A stretch of DNA of 64,000 nt from Octopus bimaculoides (Eukaryota). Location: assembly GCF_001194135.2 (NCBI RefSeq), contig NC_068992.1:19556838-19620837 (forward strand). The letters run 5' to 3'. A program made the position numbers and the translations under genes. Below the pieces are notes generated by a model, which saw nothing but the letters and a program-made list of their open reading frames with translations, had not been told where the DNA came from and searched no databases. This document shows positions 1 to 14,429 of this stretch, piece by piece (position 1 is the first letter of the stretch; the number at the start of each line of letters is the position of its first letter).

Positions 1-579
1 ATTGGAAGAAAGCAGTCAATGTATACGAAAATAAGGACGGAAAAAAAAAACGGATAAATGTTACACAATGCAAATGCAAAGAACACGACATAACAACAGG
101 TGTCTTTCGACTAAGGACGAATCAAATTAAGCTTGCGTGTGTGGAAGTAAAGCCTTGCGGTAGGGACTTAAGCTTTGACGGGCACAGGGGGGAATATAAT
201 ATTGCACGGATGGTAGTCGAACCAAGAAGGAAAGGTCAGCGTTGGCCGAACACCGTTCACGTGGTGGAGAGAAGAGAGAGAGAGAGAGAGAGAGGTAGAG
301 GCATAGAGATAGACCTTCTGTTTGTTAGTCTCCCGTTCGTTTTTACATTCAGTTTACGTTATGTCGTTTGTTTGTTTNNNNNNNNNNNNTCATATAGATA
401 TTATTATTAATTATTATCATTAATAAAATAATACAGGTAGTCAACAAGCAAAAACTGATAAATAGCAAATCTAATTTTTTTTATAATTAATTTATAATCA
501 TAATAGAGCACACGCGGTGCCAGCACCGTTGTGAAAATCAGACTAGAAAAATACTCTAAGAAAACCAGCAACCACTGAA

Positions 580-626
<47 letters not shown>

Positions 627-2151
627 TGTGTGTGTTTGTTTTCACGCCTGTTGCAATGCCTTCCTAAATCATTCCTGTCTTTAATTCACTAAGTACCAAA
701 CTTTTTCCCATTTTTCAAATAGTTGTTGCATCTCAACGAATAATATATCTTTTCCTTTCCTTACTAATCAAGCAGTGATAGCTTTAATATTCAAACATTT
801 TGCTGAATGCTATTATAAACGAAGCGTATTCTTTTTTTCTTTTCGGCGTTTTTGCTTCTTTTCCATATTTCAATTTCATCCACAGATCGGTTGTGAGATA
901 CAAGCGGTAACAATTTGTGAAGTTTCAGATTCCAATAAATTATATATGGCTATTTGCGCATGCGTATGTGTATCTGCATCTGTATGTGTGTTTGTGTGTG
1001 TGTATGTGTGTCTGCGCTTCTCTTTATCTCCCGCTCTCACCCTCTCTCTTATTGCATCTATAATGAGGTAGCGACTCTGACAGCAGAAACTTAATGCGCA
1101 CAAGCGTTGCCAGCAATTCATGTCATGTCTCTAACTTCGGTTCTTAGTTATCTGAAATATGTTTGTAAGTTCTCCGGGTTGTAGGAACAGTCTGGGCTAC
1201 TAAAAGCCATGGAATTGGAACAGTAGTCTGTCTAATCTACTGAGGATAATCGATTTCCAGAAGATACTAATCATTGCTATCTCGGTAATACCGCTTGTCA
1301 ATTTATGCAATACTTAAAGTTTATTATTATTAGACATTTGTGCAGAGAGTCTTGCTATGGAGGAACAGTCCCACGTAGAGCGAGGTTGGGTTAGAATTCA
1401 TTAAATAAATCTGTCAATGTAAATGTGGAATGGATTCGTATCGCAGTGATACAAGCTACCGGTTTGGAATCATTGAAATAAATTTAGAGTAACTTTAGGG
1501 AAAATATTTATTACATTTTGGCTCATCATGTTGAGGATTTTACAACACATTAGCTCGGGTAGCAGAAGACCCCAGGATTGTCACAGTATTATAATGTAGT
1601 TGCACCTAATTAGAATGTGGTTGTACGTAATTTCGGTGATTTTTTCCCAAATCGTGTTTCGAAGGGTGAGAGATATTTTAGCAGCCGTCTTGGCTCTGGC
1701 TGGTTGGCATCGGAGATTCACGTTGACGTATTTTGACATCAGACTTTTTAATGTCTCTCTTTTCTCCCTTCTACTCTCTCTCTCTCTCTCTCACTCTCTT
1801 TCTTTCTGCATGTATATATTTCTCCACGTGCGTATTTGTATGAGTTTGTGTATCTGTGTCTGTATATGTACGTGTGTGTGCCTCGTGTGCAAAAATGTAC
1901 TGCCGCCAACACACACTCAATTTCCAGTCAGTGTTGCCAGATCGTCAGCATCCAAACAAGTGCACACAACCCTCTTATTTTATGTTTAGAAAGCGTTCCC
2001 ATATTTCTTGCAGGTAGTAACTATGTAATAGTTAAAATGACTTGAATCGTCTCACCTAACAATTTCATTATCCTTTCCGAGTTTTGCAGTTTGTACAGGA
2101 CATAACTTCACATAATATCATGTTTACATGCATATTATTTGCAGTCGAGAA

Positions 2152-2468
2152 GACACGTTACTTAGTGGTTGGGTATATTTGGCAACCTTAACGGTGTGAC
2201 TTCGATTCGCGGCGACACAATGTGCCCTTGGGCAAGGGACTTTATTTCACGTTACTCCAGTGCACCCAGCTGGCAAAACGGACAAGTACCAGTATTTCAA
2301 AGGGCCAGCCTTATCACATTCTGTGTCATTCTGAATCTCCCTGAGAACTACGTTAAGTGTAGGCAAGTCTGTGGAGTGCTCAGCCACTTACACGTTAATT
2401 TCACGAGCAGACTGTTTCATTGACTGAATCAACTGGAACCCTTGTCGTCGTAACCGACTGAGGACCAG
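2152..2468 (+). mobile_element. tRNA-derived SINE, group A1 (CORE-like middle, shared A tail), decayed
   Basis: Decayed A/B-box head (cttagtggtt...ttcgattc). CORE-like gtgcccttgggcaagggactttatttcacgttactccagtgcacccagctggcaaaa. Tail tatttcaaagggccagcc...gtcgtcgtaaccgac is also present at 15869, 16205, 43352 and 45052. Confidence 0.85.
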
Positions 2469-3412
2469 CTTTTGCAGTCAGTCTCCAAATGTTTTCGGAC
2501 AATGACAGACAGATTTAGACGTTTAACAAAATCCTTACTCTTAGCTGAAATGGTCAATTTGGATGAGATAGCAAGGAACGACAGTGTGGGGCAGATGACG
2601 ATGAACTTCCTCTGAACATTTTAATCCTTGTCACTCATAAGTCCAGACATCACTCTACCCCAAGAATTTCATTTAAATTCGCACATTTATTCACACACAC
2701 ACACATATGCACACAGGTATATATGTATGTGTAGATGTATTGCGCAGTACAGATACATATTCACTTATGAACATCCGCACAAGATCAAATACATATGGGC
2801 ATATTTTAAAAACGTCTATTATTTCCCGCATTATAGTCTTTAATCCGACGGTGAGTATAGTCTGTATGCAATTATATAAGACGTTCTAAAATCCTTCTTT
2901 AATAAATTTCATTTTGTGGCAGTATGGAATTTTGTCTTTTAAATTTCTTTCATAATTTTTGTGATTTCGAAGCGCATTTACTATTTCAAAATGTATGGGA
3001 ACTTAAGTGAATATGAACGACTAATGTGTGTTTATGCATTATTCCATATAGTAACATAATCGATGTCTTTTTCACTCTTTTTGACTGTCTTATGTACATT
3101 GCACTTGAGGCGCACAAATTGCCAAACAAGCAACCGCCTGCACATACACCCCCATACACATGCACGAACACACATACACACATGCACGCACATGCACACA
3201 CATTTTGAAATAAAACAATTTTACATTAAATTAAAGGATTATTCAATACATTTGGTAGAGTATAGACAGTGACTTCGAAGTGTCGAAATGTTAAGCCACC
3301 GTTTGATGATGAATTAGCTTCGAAGTCAATGTCAATATTTTTCTTATTAAAGAATACGCGCGCACACACATACACACACACAAAAGAAAACATACAAACA
3401 CACACACGTATG

Positions 3413-3640
3413 CATGAGTGTGTGTTAAAAAGTCCCTTGCTTTGGGTAAAAGAAAATACAGGAAAACAAGTTAATTATGATTTTATTCAACATTTTCCAA
3501 TTCCCCTCTCAGATTCACACATGTAATGCAGCAGTCCCCCAGTTTTTTCTAAGCCCTGTGAAAGAACTCGGAAAGTTGGGACTCCAACCAGGCCTTGCAT
3601 GATACCTTTAAAACCAGAAATTTTTCAACACTTCCTTTTG
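3413..3640 (-). mobile_element. Non-autonomous mariner-derived MITE
   Basis: Degenerate inverted ends gtgttaaaaagtcccttgcttt (about 3422-3443) and aaaaccagaaatttttcaacac (about 3610-3631). The internal minus strand reads FFHRA*KKLGDCCITCVNLRGELENVE*, resembling the mariner transposase C-terminus (FF..G..KL..RW.KCV...G.YVE). Confidence 0.7.
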
Positions 3641-5305
3641 TGTGTGCATGAATATATGCATATACATACATACATACACACACACTCACACACACACACA
3701 CACACACATACACACACACATATGTATATATATATANNNNNNNNNNNNNNNNNNNNNNNNNNNNNNNNNNNNNNNNNNNNNNNNNNNNNNNNNNNNNNNN
3801 NNNNNNNNNNNNNNNNNNNNNNNNNNNNNNNNNNNNNNNNNNNNNNNNNNNNNNNNNNNNNNNNNNNNNNNNNNNNNNNNNNNNNNNNNNNNNNNNNNNN
3901 NNNNNNNNNNNNNNNNNNNNNNNNNNNNNNNNNNNNNNNNNNNNNNNNNNNNNNNNNNNNNNNNNNNNNNNNNNNNNNNNNNNNNNNNNNNNNNNNNNNN
4001 NNNNNNNNNNNNNNNNNNNNNNNNNNNNNNNNNNNNNNNNNNNNNNNNNNNNNNNNNNNNNNNNNNNNNNNNNNNNNNNNNNNNNNNNNNNNNNNNNNNN
4101 NNNNNNNNNNNNNNNNNNNNNNNNNNNNNNNNNNNNNNNNNNNNNNNNNNNNNNNNNNNNNNNNNNNNNNNNNNNNNNNNNNNNNNNNNNNNNNNNNNNN
4201 NNNNNNNNNNNNNNNNNNNNNNNNNNNNNNNNNNNNNNNNNNNNNNNNNNNNNNNNNNNNNNNNNNNNNNNNNNNNNNNNNNNNNNNNNNNNNNNNNNNN
4301 NNNNNNNNNNNNNNNNNNNNNNNNNNNNNNNNNNNNNNNNNNNNNNNNNNNNNNNNNNNNNNNNNNNNNNNNNNNNNNNNNNNNNNNNNNNNNNNNNNNN
4401 NNNNNNNNNNNNNNNNNNNNNNNNNNNNNNNNNNNNNNNNNNNNNNNNNNNNNNNNNNNNNNNNNNNNNNNNNNNNNNNNNNNNNNNNNNNNNNNNNNNN
4501 NNNNNNNNNNNNNNNNNNNNNNNNNNNNNNNNNNNNATATATATATATATATATATATATATAACTACATGGTGGTGGTGGTGCAGATCTAAATTTATGA
4601 GGTGTATTTCAAAGTAGATGATGCTATAACGTAGTGAAATAAATCGTATATTATTAAACATAAGTAGTCCAGGGATATTTTGATACTACGTCATATATTC
4701 TTGTAAAAGACCTCATATCATATATTCCATTTGAAAGGAAATGCTGTTCAAATATCATTTTATTAAATTTTAGTTTTGTTTTAAATATATGAAGCATATA
4801 TGTTCCTTGTATTCGAATATTTACATTGTTTCACACGCAAAGATTTATTTTCAATGTATTTTTGCAAGAGCGAAAAGAAAAATCATATCCCATAAATGTC
4901 TTTTAAAAAGTAACTTTCTCTCTCTCAGAGTTGTATAACTTTGTAAAATATTTTAGCTTAATCTATTAGACTTAATATATGCCGCACTGACGATTCCAAT
5001 CAAAGATGAAACAGTGCTTTACGAGGCTACAAACGACTGGGAATTTTAAGCTTTTTATAATGTGTAGGACAAATAATATATATTTACATTCTGTGTTTCT
5101 TTATTCTTTACTTTAAATCTTAAACTTTCAAACGCGCCGCAACTGAACTTTATCTAGAAGGGATTGTCTGCCCTATCATAGATAACCACTACGTATTTTA
5201 GAGTAAAATGTATCAAAGTGAAAGAAATATAGTTATACAATCTGTTATTAGTTTGTATTTGTGTATAATTAGTTATATTCATTTATCATTGCGTTTTGTT
5301 AATAT

Positions 5306-5906
5306 CTTTTTATCCTTTACCTTCGTTCGCTTGTTTCAATCCTTAGTCTGTGGTCATGCTGGGACAGTGCCTTCGAGTGTTTAGGTGGATAAATCGAACC
5401 CACAGCTTTTTATCAGTGTGGGGACATATACACATGTAAGACCACTCACACATACGACCCACAGTGTCCACCTATCAAATTCACTTAAGACAGGTGTCGG
5501 GGAACTTTTTTTAACTACCCCAAAATATATATATTTACACCGCCGGTAATCCCTTGATTTGAAAAGGAAAATATCATAGATTCATTGAATTCAAAAGGTT
5601 TATTGAATCTATTTACACGTCAATTACATAGGACAGATACAGTGTTGCCAGGAGAAAAAATTATGTCGTAACAAGGAAAACGTACATTTATATGATTTTA
5701 CTTATGTCTAATGAAACCTCATTACCCTCAAGAATTTCATTTTTACCGTACTTGAGGTAGTTTAAACCGGTTCGCCGACACCTGGCTTAAAATTTTGGTC
5801 AGCCTGGACTATAATAGAAGACATTTACAAAATGTACCTCGTAGTAGAACCGATCCCAAAGCACATGGAGGCAAAGGCATCTTCTTAAGTACATAGTAAT
5901 GCCTGC
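5306..5906 (-). mobile_element. SINE-C copy interrupted by a MITE at 5491-5784
   Basis: Tail motif cttgtttcaatccttagtctgtggtcatgctggg lies on the left. Head-side motif ggtcagcctggactataatagaagac...gcctgc lies on the right. Both match the reverse complement of the 54117-54553 copy. Confidence 0.75.
5491..5784. mobile_element. hAT-type MITE (294 bp)
   Basis: TIRs caggtgtcggggaac (5491-5505) and gttcgccgacacctg (5770-5784), 14/15 complementary. Imperfect 8-bp TSD acttaaga / gcttaaaa. CAGG start plus 8-bp TSD is the hAT signature. Confidence 0.85.
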
Positions 5907-7233
5907 TTCTATATATATTAAATTTACATTAAAATGATTTATCTGTACCTGTTTGAACCTCGAGTTCTTACGAATGATACTGCTTTCTAAATTGCTTCGC
6001 TTCTTTTACAAAACATAAAAAAAAAAAACATGTTAAAACTTTAGAAGTGAAGCGTTACTGTATTTGAGAAATATATGCCCTATACGTGATAATGTAAATA
6101 GAATGGACCTTGCTTGGAACTAATATCTGCCAGTACCTGCAAGCTATTCTGTTTTACCGTTTTCTTTTATGTTTTTCTTTTGGGTTTTTTTTTGTATTTC
6201 GTTCTCGGCAGATATACTCAGGCATTGCAAACGACTTCAAAAGGATCCAACCAGAAAGAACTACATGCACTTATCAATACCAATCTTCACTGATACTTGC
6301 ATCACATTTGTGATTCTCGGTAAGTAATGTTACTATAGTTTCGCACGCGCACACTTGCGCGTGAGCACACATACACGTATATAGACCGATACACAAATAC
6401 ACTCGCACTCATATACATGATGTGTTTCTTGTGTAAAGTGTACTTATATGTGCGTGCATACACACACATACATGTACACGTGCACGCACACACACACACA
6501 CACATATATATGTATGCTTTCATATATTTATATGCATATTTGTGCATGTGTATGTATGCATGTATGTATGTATGTATGTATGTACGTACATACGTATGTA
6601 TGTATGTATGTACGTATGTATGTATGTATGTATGTATGTATGTATGTATACAGTCACTCGAAGCAGAGTTTGATAAGTAATATTTAAGACACTCGAGCAG
6701 ACTCAGACGTGGCGAGAACTTTCACTGCGGAAATAGTCCTTGGAGAATAAAAATCTAATTCCACACGCCATTTACTAAAACTCATTGAGCTGCGAATGAT
6801 GTCAGTGGATCGTAGAACGCATGCGTTGCTGCACTGTTTTGCTTTGTCTACTTTGAACACCCTATCTAACATTCATGGCCAGTAAGAGCAAATTCTTTCT
6901 TATATCAGAAGACTTAGTAAGCAGAAAGTTTGGTTGTCCTAGAATTAAATAAAATCGCACGAAAAAGCCTTGAATTTCATAATTGGTTAAAGTCATATAC
7001 TAATTTATGATTTAATTTTAGATTTATCAGGTTTCCCGCCCATGAGAAAATGTACCGTTCCCCGTGCTATTATCGAAATTTACATATATACTTGTGCCGT
7101 ACTATAAGAATACACAAGCAAACAACTATTGTAGTCAGAGTTAGCACATATAAAGAAAAGTGAAGATACCAGATGAAGAGGAAATGTAAAGTAATGTCTC
7201 TTAACTCAATATCTACCCTGAAAGCTAAAACAA

Positions 7234-8241
7234 ATAGAGCAACGGAATTTTTACCTCTCTTAAGACAATAATTTTCATAGGAAAACAAATAGAATCATAA
7301 GAATTGACGGTCCTGATTTTGGAGTGAGCAATTTCTTCCTACACACCTTCGAATCTCAAATTACTCCTTCTGAATAAGCAATGCAACCAGGGTTCTCTAT
7401 TGTTGTAGCACATGTTTATAGCGAGAATTTACAATACGTTACAGAAAGAAATTAAACGTGAATCACTGCAAATATTTCCAAAAGCCATAATTAAAAGCGT
7501 CTGCAATAGTTTAGTTCACGGGACGAGAAAACTCCACATCACTTTCAGAACTTACCTGAAAACACAGCGACCGACGATCTGAAGGAATTTCAGTGCCAGA
7601 GAATATTATCTATAATGCAATGTCTTATTTCAATGGATCACGAAATTGTAGAGTTCCTCTACATGGAAACCCCACTTTTCAATCAGATACCAATATAATT
7701 ATCAAGAGCTCCAAGGAAATCTCTAATCTCAGTTACTGGATGATATTTCTTCCAGACACTGTCAGTCAGCCACATGACCAAATCATTGAATTATCTGATA
7801 AATTCATTTGATTTTACATTTAAAAAAATAGTTCAACCCTTTCCAATGTTGTTTTAATTAATACAAAAACAAAATGTTTTATCGCAGTGTTCCTTGGAAT
7901 TTTGGAATTATGTCCTTCCTTCAAAATTTTGTTTATATATATATATATATAGATATATATATTTAATTTTAACATAATTTACCTCGTTTCAGACATACAA
8001 CGATAGAGTACAAATTAAAAAGAAACAAAACAAATAACCATAAGCGGTCGAACTTATCAGACAACACTATATATATAAATTCAAATCCGCACACAGCAGA
8101 ACAGTCAGTTATTTCATAATAGTTGCCACCTAATGACTATAATTCTAGATTACTTAGGTTCAGATCAGTAATTGTTATGTTTCTATTTGTCTTCCTGTGA
8201 AAATGATTGTCATAAGAGAGGTAAAAATTCCGTTTCTCTAT
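7234..8241. repeat. Inverted repeat pair of about 75 bp (7234-7308 and 8168-8241)
   Basis: atagagcaacggaatttttacctctcttaagacaataattttcataggaaaacaaatagaatcataagaattgac aligns to the reverse complement of 8168-8241 with about 7 mismatches and 1 indel. Confidence 0.9.
7556..7609 (-). other. Candidate 54-nt exon (IIFSGTEIPSDRRSLCFQ), unverified
   Basis: Perfect donor CAG|GTAAGT, weak acceptor ttgcattatag, open in phase 0. No recognisable homology. Confidence 0.2.
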
Positions 8242-8474
8242 ATGCCAGATCTGTCCACACAACAATGCATTTCATCTGGCACATTGTGTTCCATGGACCA
8301 TCTTCATCAATGAGAATTGGCCTGCATAACGCGATTTGAACACAGATTGATTCATTATATTGTGCGATTGTCTGCACGAATCTCTGAGTAATTACACACT
8401 GAGTCAGCAAGTGATTCCAAAATCAATATAACTACCTCTGCACCATGCATTTCCGTCGTTTGCAAATATAGAAG

Positions 8475-8477
<3 letters not shown>

Positions 8478-8565
<88 letters not shown>
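8478..8565. repeat. (TA)n microsatellite
   Basis: Uninterrupted TA run. Confidence 0.98.
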
Positions 8566-8568
<3 letters not shown>

Positions 8569-8780
8569 GGGATGTGTGTTCGAGTCCCACACTGATGGGA
8601 AAGCCTCCATCTTTCTCTGCCGAGGGCTTATAAGCCCCCTTTGTTAGACTGTTTTCCTTAGTCATTGCACAGTGATCGCTATAAGCTTATGTAAATAACA
8701 CTATTATTATTTACAGTGCAGCGAATTATATATATATATATATATATGTGTGTATATATATATATATGTATGTATGTATG

Positions 8781-8811
<31 letters not shown>

Positions 8812-10362
8812 GTATATATGGATGTACATCCATATATGTATATATATATACATATATATATATATAGATATAGATACATACATATATATTATAATTATAC
8901 TATATTTTATTATATCATATTATGTTATTACATTATATACATCAACGTGTCCGTGTATATATATATATGTATATGTTTTTACATAAATATGCATATGAGT
9001 ATACACACTCACATATATGTTAGTGTGTAATAGAATCATTCTTTCAAATAAACAACACTGTAATATATTTAATACTATTCCGCTTGTTTTTATGCCCAAT
9101 TCGACTCCGTTAGGTGCACACGTACAAGCAGACGAACACGAACACAGACACAGTTCTACATATGGATGTATACTCACAGACACACACCACACATATATAC
9201 AAACTTTTGAAATGTGAGGATGTGGTGCAGAATATTGAAAACGAAAGATAATACGCCATAATTTCATTTATTAGTATAGTTTATAATTGAAACCTTTACA
9301 ACACCGAATTTATGCTAAAAATCGATTGTTTTCTTACAAACTTCAGTCTATAGCGCAGTATTGAGTTCAAATACGCAAATAAATTTCTAAGTATGTGCGA
9401 GATGTAGTGATACATATATACATATATATGTGTGTGTGTGTGTGCATGCGAGGCGTGTTTGTGTGTGTCTATGTGTGTGTGTATATTTGGGTGGGAATGG
9501 ATTTACGCGTATGTATTTATGTGTAAATATATAAGCATGCATACCTAATACAAACAAAATTTGCATATTTTCGCAGGAGGAAATTCGAGGATCGAACATC
9601 GGGCAAAAGTGTATATTTAAACCAAATTTGGAAGCATTACGCTTCCGCTTTCAGCTTCAACACATGCTCAAAATATGTGCAAATATTTATCAAAGCCCAC
9701 CACGAAAAATTCGTTTCGATGGGAGATTAAGTGTGCCTACGTTTCTATCTTAACGACTTGTGTTTCAAAATGAGTTGCGAAGTAAAGTACTCTTTGGTGC
9801 ATCCTTAACATATACTGATTAAATTAGGTTTAAGTCATTTGCTTAGCAACTAGCCAATATTGAAATAAATACTGTTGCGCAGCACTGCGACGGAGTATTC
9901 TCCAAAGTCTTCCTTACGATATGTGAACGGTGAAATCCCGTCCCAGAAACTATGCTTGGTTCTAACTCTTGAAAAATATGTCATGAACATTGCCTTTTAA
10001 ATAAGGTGCGCAGATTACTATTTCGTAGGATAAAATATTACTTCAAACTACCTCGGATATACTAAATAAATGCACAGGCTATTACTTAAAACCACATCCT
10101 ATATATTCATTAATTAAATTACATGACGTATTATTAACAACTACATCGTATGCATTAATTAATTGCATAGACTTAGGTGTATATAATGTTTATCTTTCTG
10201 AATATCATTAAACAACATGAACAACCAAAGTATTTTAAATTCGTGCAGGTTCAGTCTCATAAGATTTTGTACAGTCAGGTTAAATAAAAGCATTCTTGAC
10301 AACTTGAATACAGCCATTATCACCCAACTGCTGTGATAGATGAATGTGTCTGCATATATTCT

Positions 10363-10455
10363 TATCTATCTATCTATCAATCTATCTATCTATCTAGCTA
10401 GCTAGCTAGATTTCTGTCTGTCTGTTTATCTATCTATTTATCTATCTATTTATCG

Positions 10456-10517
<62 letters not shown>

Positions 10518-10545
10518 AATATATCTATCTATCTATCTATTCATA

Positions 10546-10601
<56 letters not shown>
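10363..10601. repeat. (TATC)n microsatellite
   Basis: Long imperfect TATC run ending at a gap. Confidence 0.97.
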
Positions 10602-10602
<1 letters not shown>

Positions 10603-11029
10603 CCCTTNNNNNNNNNNNNNNNNNNNNNNNNNNNNNNNNNNNNNNNNNNNNNNNNNNNNNNNNNNNNNNNNNNNNNNNNNNNNNNNNNNNNNNNNNNNNN
10701 NNNNNNNNNNNNNNNNNNNNNNNNNNNNNNNNNNNNNNNNNNNNNNNNNNNNNNNNNNNNNNNNNNNNNNNNNNNNNNNNNNNNNNNNNNNNNNNNNNNN
10801 NNNNNNNNNNNNNNNNNNNNNNNNNNNNNNNNNNNNNNNNNNNNNNNNNNNNNNNNNNNNNNNNNNNNNNNNNNNNNNNNNNNNNNNNNNNNNNNNNNNN
10901 NNNNNNNNNNNNNNNNNNNNNNNNNNNNNNNNNNNNNNNNNNNNNNNNNNNNNNNNNNNNNNNNNNNNNNNNNNNNNNNNNNNNNNNNNNNNNNNNNNNN
11001 NNNNNNNNNNNNNNNNNNNNNNNNNNNNN

Positions 11030-11066
<37 letters not shown>

Positions 11067-12758
11067 TATTTTGGAACGCACATAAATATAAACCCAGAAA
11101 AGATAAAGTAAATAGAGGGACACTAAGTCAATCTGTGAGAAGAAGAAAGGAAGCTGGGAGATATGAGAACGATAGCGATAGATACATAGATAGAAACAAA
11201 GATAGAGTTTACTATCGATATAATAACCGACATGAATTATATCCATGAATGTCATAATTCATGCTATTTCCTTTCCATCATTAGCATAATGCATTTATTT
11301 ACATATTTTCTCAGAAATTTTGTCTATTGATATTCTGGCCGTACCACAGAATATGCTATTGGATTTGATGGTTGCTCTCAGTATATCAAAGTATACTGTT
11401 ATATTTTATTTTCTAAGCAATCCATTTTCGGCAATACCACTATTTCTGTAGGCATATGTATGTAGGTATAGATTTATGTATGTAAGAATGCATGTTACGA
11501 TACATGTCTATATATGTATATGTGCATCTATATATGTATATGTGTGTGTGTGTATGAATGTATCTATGTAAGTATGTAGATTAGCATGAAATTATATATA
11601 TTCGCATATACGCATGCCAGTAATACTTCGATATACAAGAATGATATGTACGCTTACATATCATGTGCGTGTGTGCTTCTGTTACGTATGTATAAATGCG
11701 TATGTGTGTATGTATGGATATAGGTATGAACGAATGTAGAACATGTTACATGATATATATATATGTATATTCTTTTATTTATTTATTTCTGTGTGTGTGT
11801 TTATATGTATGATATATATATATATATATATACTTATATCTGTGTGTTGTATATGTATGTGCACATGCATGTATGTATGAATGCATGTATACTAACATAA
11901 AAACTACCATCACATCTACATGCAGCCTCTTAATAATATTCAAACGAATATCATTTCCTCTGTCTATTCATCTATCACAATTTCTTGTATACTTTATAAA
12001 TCAAAGATAATTCTTATCTTAAATAAAAACAATTATTACTATCTGCTCATATCAATATAGAGGGCGCCACAAGAGGCAGACACATTTCCTAGGAAGTTTT
12101 GCAGTATAGCTTCGTATATGTTACATAGGAAGAAGGAGGGGCTTAGAGCTTACTGTTCGTGCCTTATCGATTAACAAGCATTTCGTATGTACTTAAGAAA
12201 CAAGGGTACTTATTGATCGATTCTAACGCATAAATGTTGTGCACACCCTCAAAGAAAGCAAACATGCACGGCATAGAAAGGGGATGCTAGAACACAATTC
12301 CGATGATGGATATTTTCTTTGAGTGTTCTGTCCGAAGTAAATGTCTGACTATTAGTAATACACCACGTGGTTCGATTGACGTTTCCATCAGAACAAATTT
12401 AAACCCCCTTCTAAACAAACAAGCGCAACGTAGACAAATACAAATATATAAAGAAATACATATATTACATTAAACCAGCGTGGTTCGATAAAGAATATAT
12501 TCGTTTCCTGGTAGATACTGCACAAGAAGCAGGCCACTCTAAGTTCGATTGGATGTTCATAATGTCGCAATCTTATTTGATATACAACGAATATTTTAGT
12601 TTCTAATCAGGTTTTCTGTCAGTAGAAAAATATAGGAACGTTTCGTGAAGACAGAACACAAAATATAAAAGAAAACATCAGAATTTAGAGAAGAAAATAT
12701 AAAAAAAAAGTAACTGACTATATCCACTTAAAAGGACTCGATGGAAGTGTCTTCAGGA

Positions 12759-12792
<34 letters not shown>

Positions 12793-13514
12793 CATACATG
12801 CACGTATAATTTTCACGCTCACATTTGAAGTTTTTGCGTTTCAATAATTGACCGCAGTCGAATGACTGAAACAAGTAATACAGAAAGAAAAATATATATG
12901 TATATATATATATGTATATATATATNNNNNNNNNNNNNNNNNNNNNNNNNNNNNNNNNNNNNNNNNNNNNNNNNNNNNNNNNNNNNNNNNNNNNNNNNNN
13001 NNNNNNNNNNNNNNNNNNNNNNNNNNNNNNNNNNNNNNNNNNNNNNNNNNNNNNNNNNNNNNNNNNNNNNNNNNNNNNNNNNNNNNNNNNNNNNNNNNNN
13101 NNNNNNNNNNNNNNNNNNNNNNNNNNNNNNNNNNNNNNNNNNNNNNNNNNNNNNNNNNNNNNNNNNNNNNNNNNNNNNNNNNNNNNNNNNNNNNNNNNNN
13201 NNNNNNNNNNNNNNNNNNNNNNNNNNNNNNNNNNNNNNNNNNNNNNNNNNNNNNNNNNNNNNNNNNNNNNNNNNNNNNNNNNNTATATATATATATATAT
13301 ATATCTTTTTCTAAAATTTTCGTTGCGTCTTGCAACCGATTCAGTACATGTTGATTATGTCTATAGATGGGCAGAGTGAAATTACATCCACACTACCTAC
13401 TACACAACCTGTAGTGGACCAATATCATAGTAAATGTTGCCTATAACAATGCATCTACATTAGGTATGATACACAGACTGCAATTTTAATCTAATACTAA
13501 TTATGTTGCATATA

Positions 13515-13553
<39 letters not shown>

Positions 13554-13648
13554 GACGCATAAACACACGCACACATACACGTCTGCGCACACCTATATAT
13601 GCGTGCGTATGTATGCCTTAATAAGTGTTTGCGTATATAACTGTATGC

Positions 13649-13711
<63 letters not shown>

Positions 13712-14429
13712 TATACACAAATATTCATGTATATATAAATATATCAGTGTGTGTGTGCGCGCGCGGGCTTAAAGATCGATAGATATGTAGATAGAGAGAA
13801 AGAGACAGTGAGAGAGAATGTAAGAGTGGAAAGGATTTTTCCAACATCACATACATGTATGTATACATATACTAATGTGGGAAAGTATATGTGTCTATGA
13901 GTATGTCTTTGAGCTTGTATGCTCATGTGCTTGCACGTGTATGCGCGCTACAAGTTGAAATTTCTGTTTATATGCGTACCACAAAGTTTACAATGCAAAG
14001 TGAGATAAAACGCAAATTTGCACAATTGATAAGCCAAATGCATTGTATTGTATTCTTATCAATGTTTGGAAAAAAATTTGCTCCTGTCATCAGTAACATA
14101 TATATTATTCTAAATGTCTTCAAGCTTAAATTTGCATAACAAAAAAAAAATATCTCTATTTTCAAATATATTTAACATCTATTTTTAAAACAAATAAAAA
14201 GTATAAAAATACATATAATGTTTTATTGAAATGTCATTGTGAACCACACGTGAGCGCATACACACACAGAACGAAATCAAAACTATAACAGAAGAGAGAG
14301 TAAGTATTTTTATGCTAACATAACATGGTTAAAAATTATTCCTGTTCGATATCCGGAATCACTCAAGTAATTCTTATGATACAGGTTTCCAGTTCAAATA
14401 GATTGGCCATGATGCCGGATTTCTGAGTT

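Noticed and set aside
1-275. GC-richer segment that looks like an abundant octopus dispersed repeat
   Set aside because: No second copy or diagnostic terminus within the window, so it cannot be supported or classified without a search.
515-546. cggtgc-ca-gcaccg hairpin followed by ctag (Helitron 3' end-like)
   Set aside because: The base after CTAG is A rather than the expected host T, and no matching 5' end is visible.
1121-1546. TG...CA-bounded segment of about 425 bp with aataaa (solo LTR-like)
   Set aside because: No target-site duplication, PBS or PPT, and no second copy.
4984-5017. CTGACGA...GAAA inside a gcactg/cagtgc hairpin
   Set aside because: No stem III or NUH cleavage triplet, and stem II does not pair, so it is not a hammerhead topology.
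12058-12069. tagagggcgcca, CTCF-motif-like
   Set aside because: Lacks the upstream CCAC/CCAG half of the motif. A short partial match has no weight without ChIP data.
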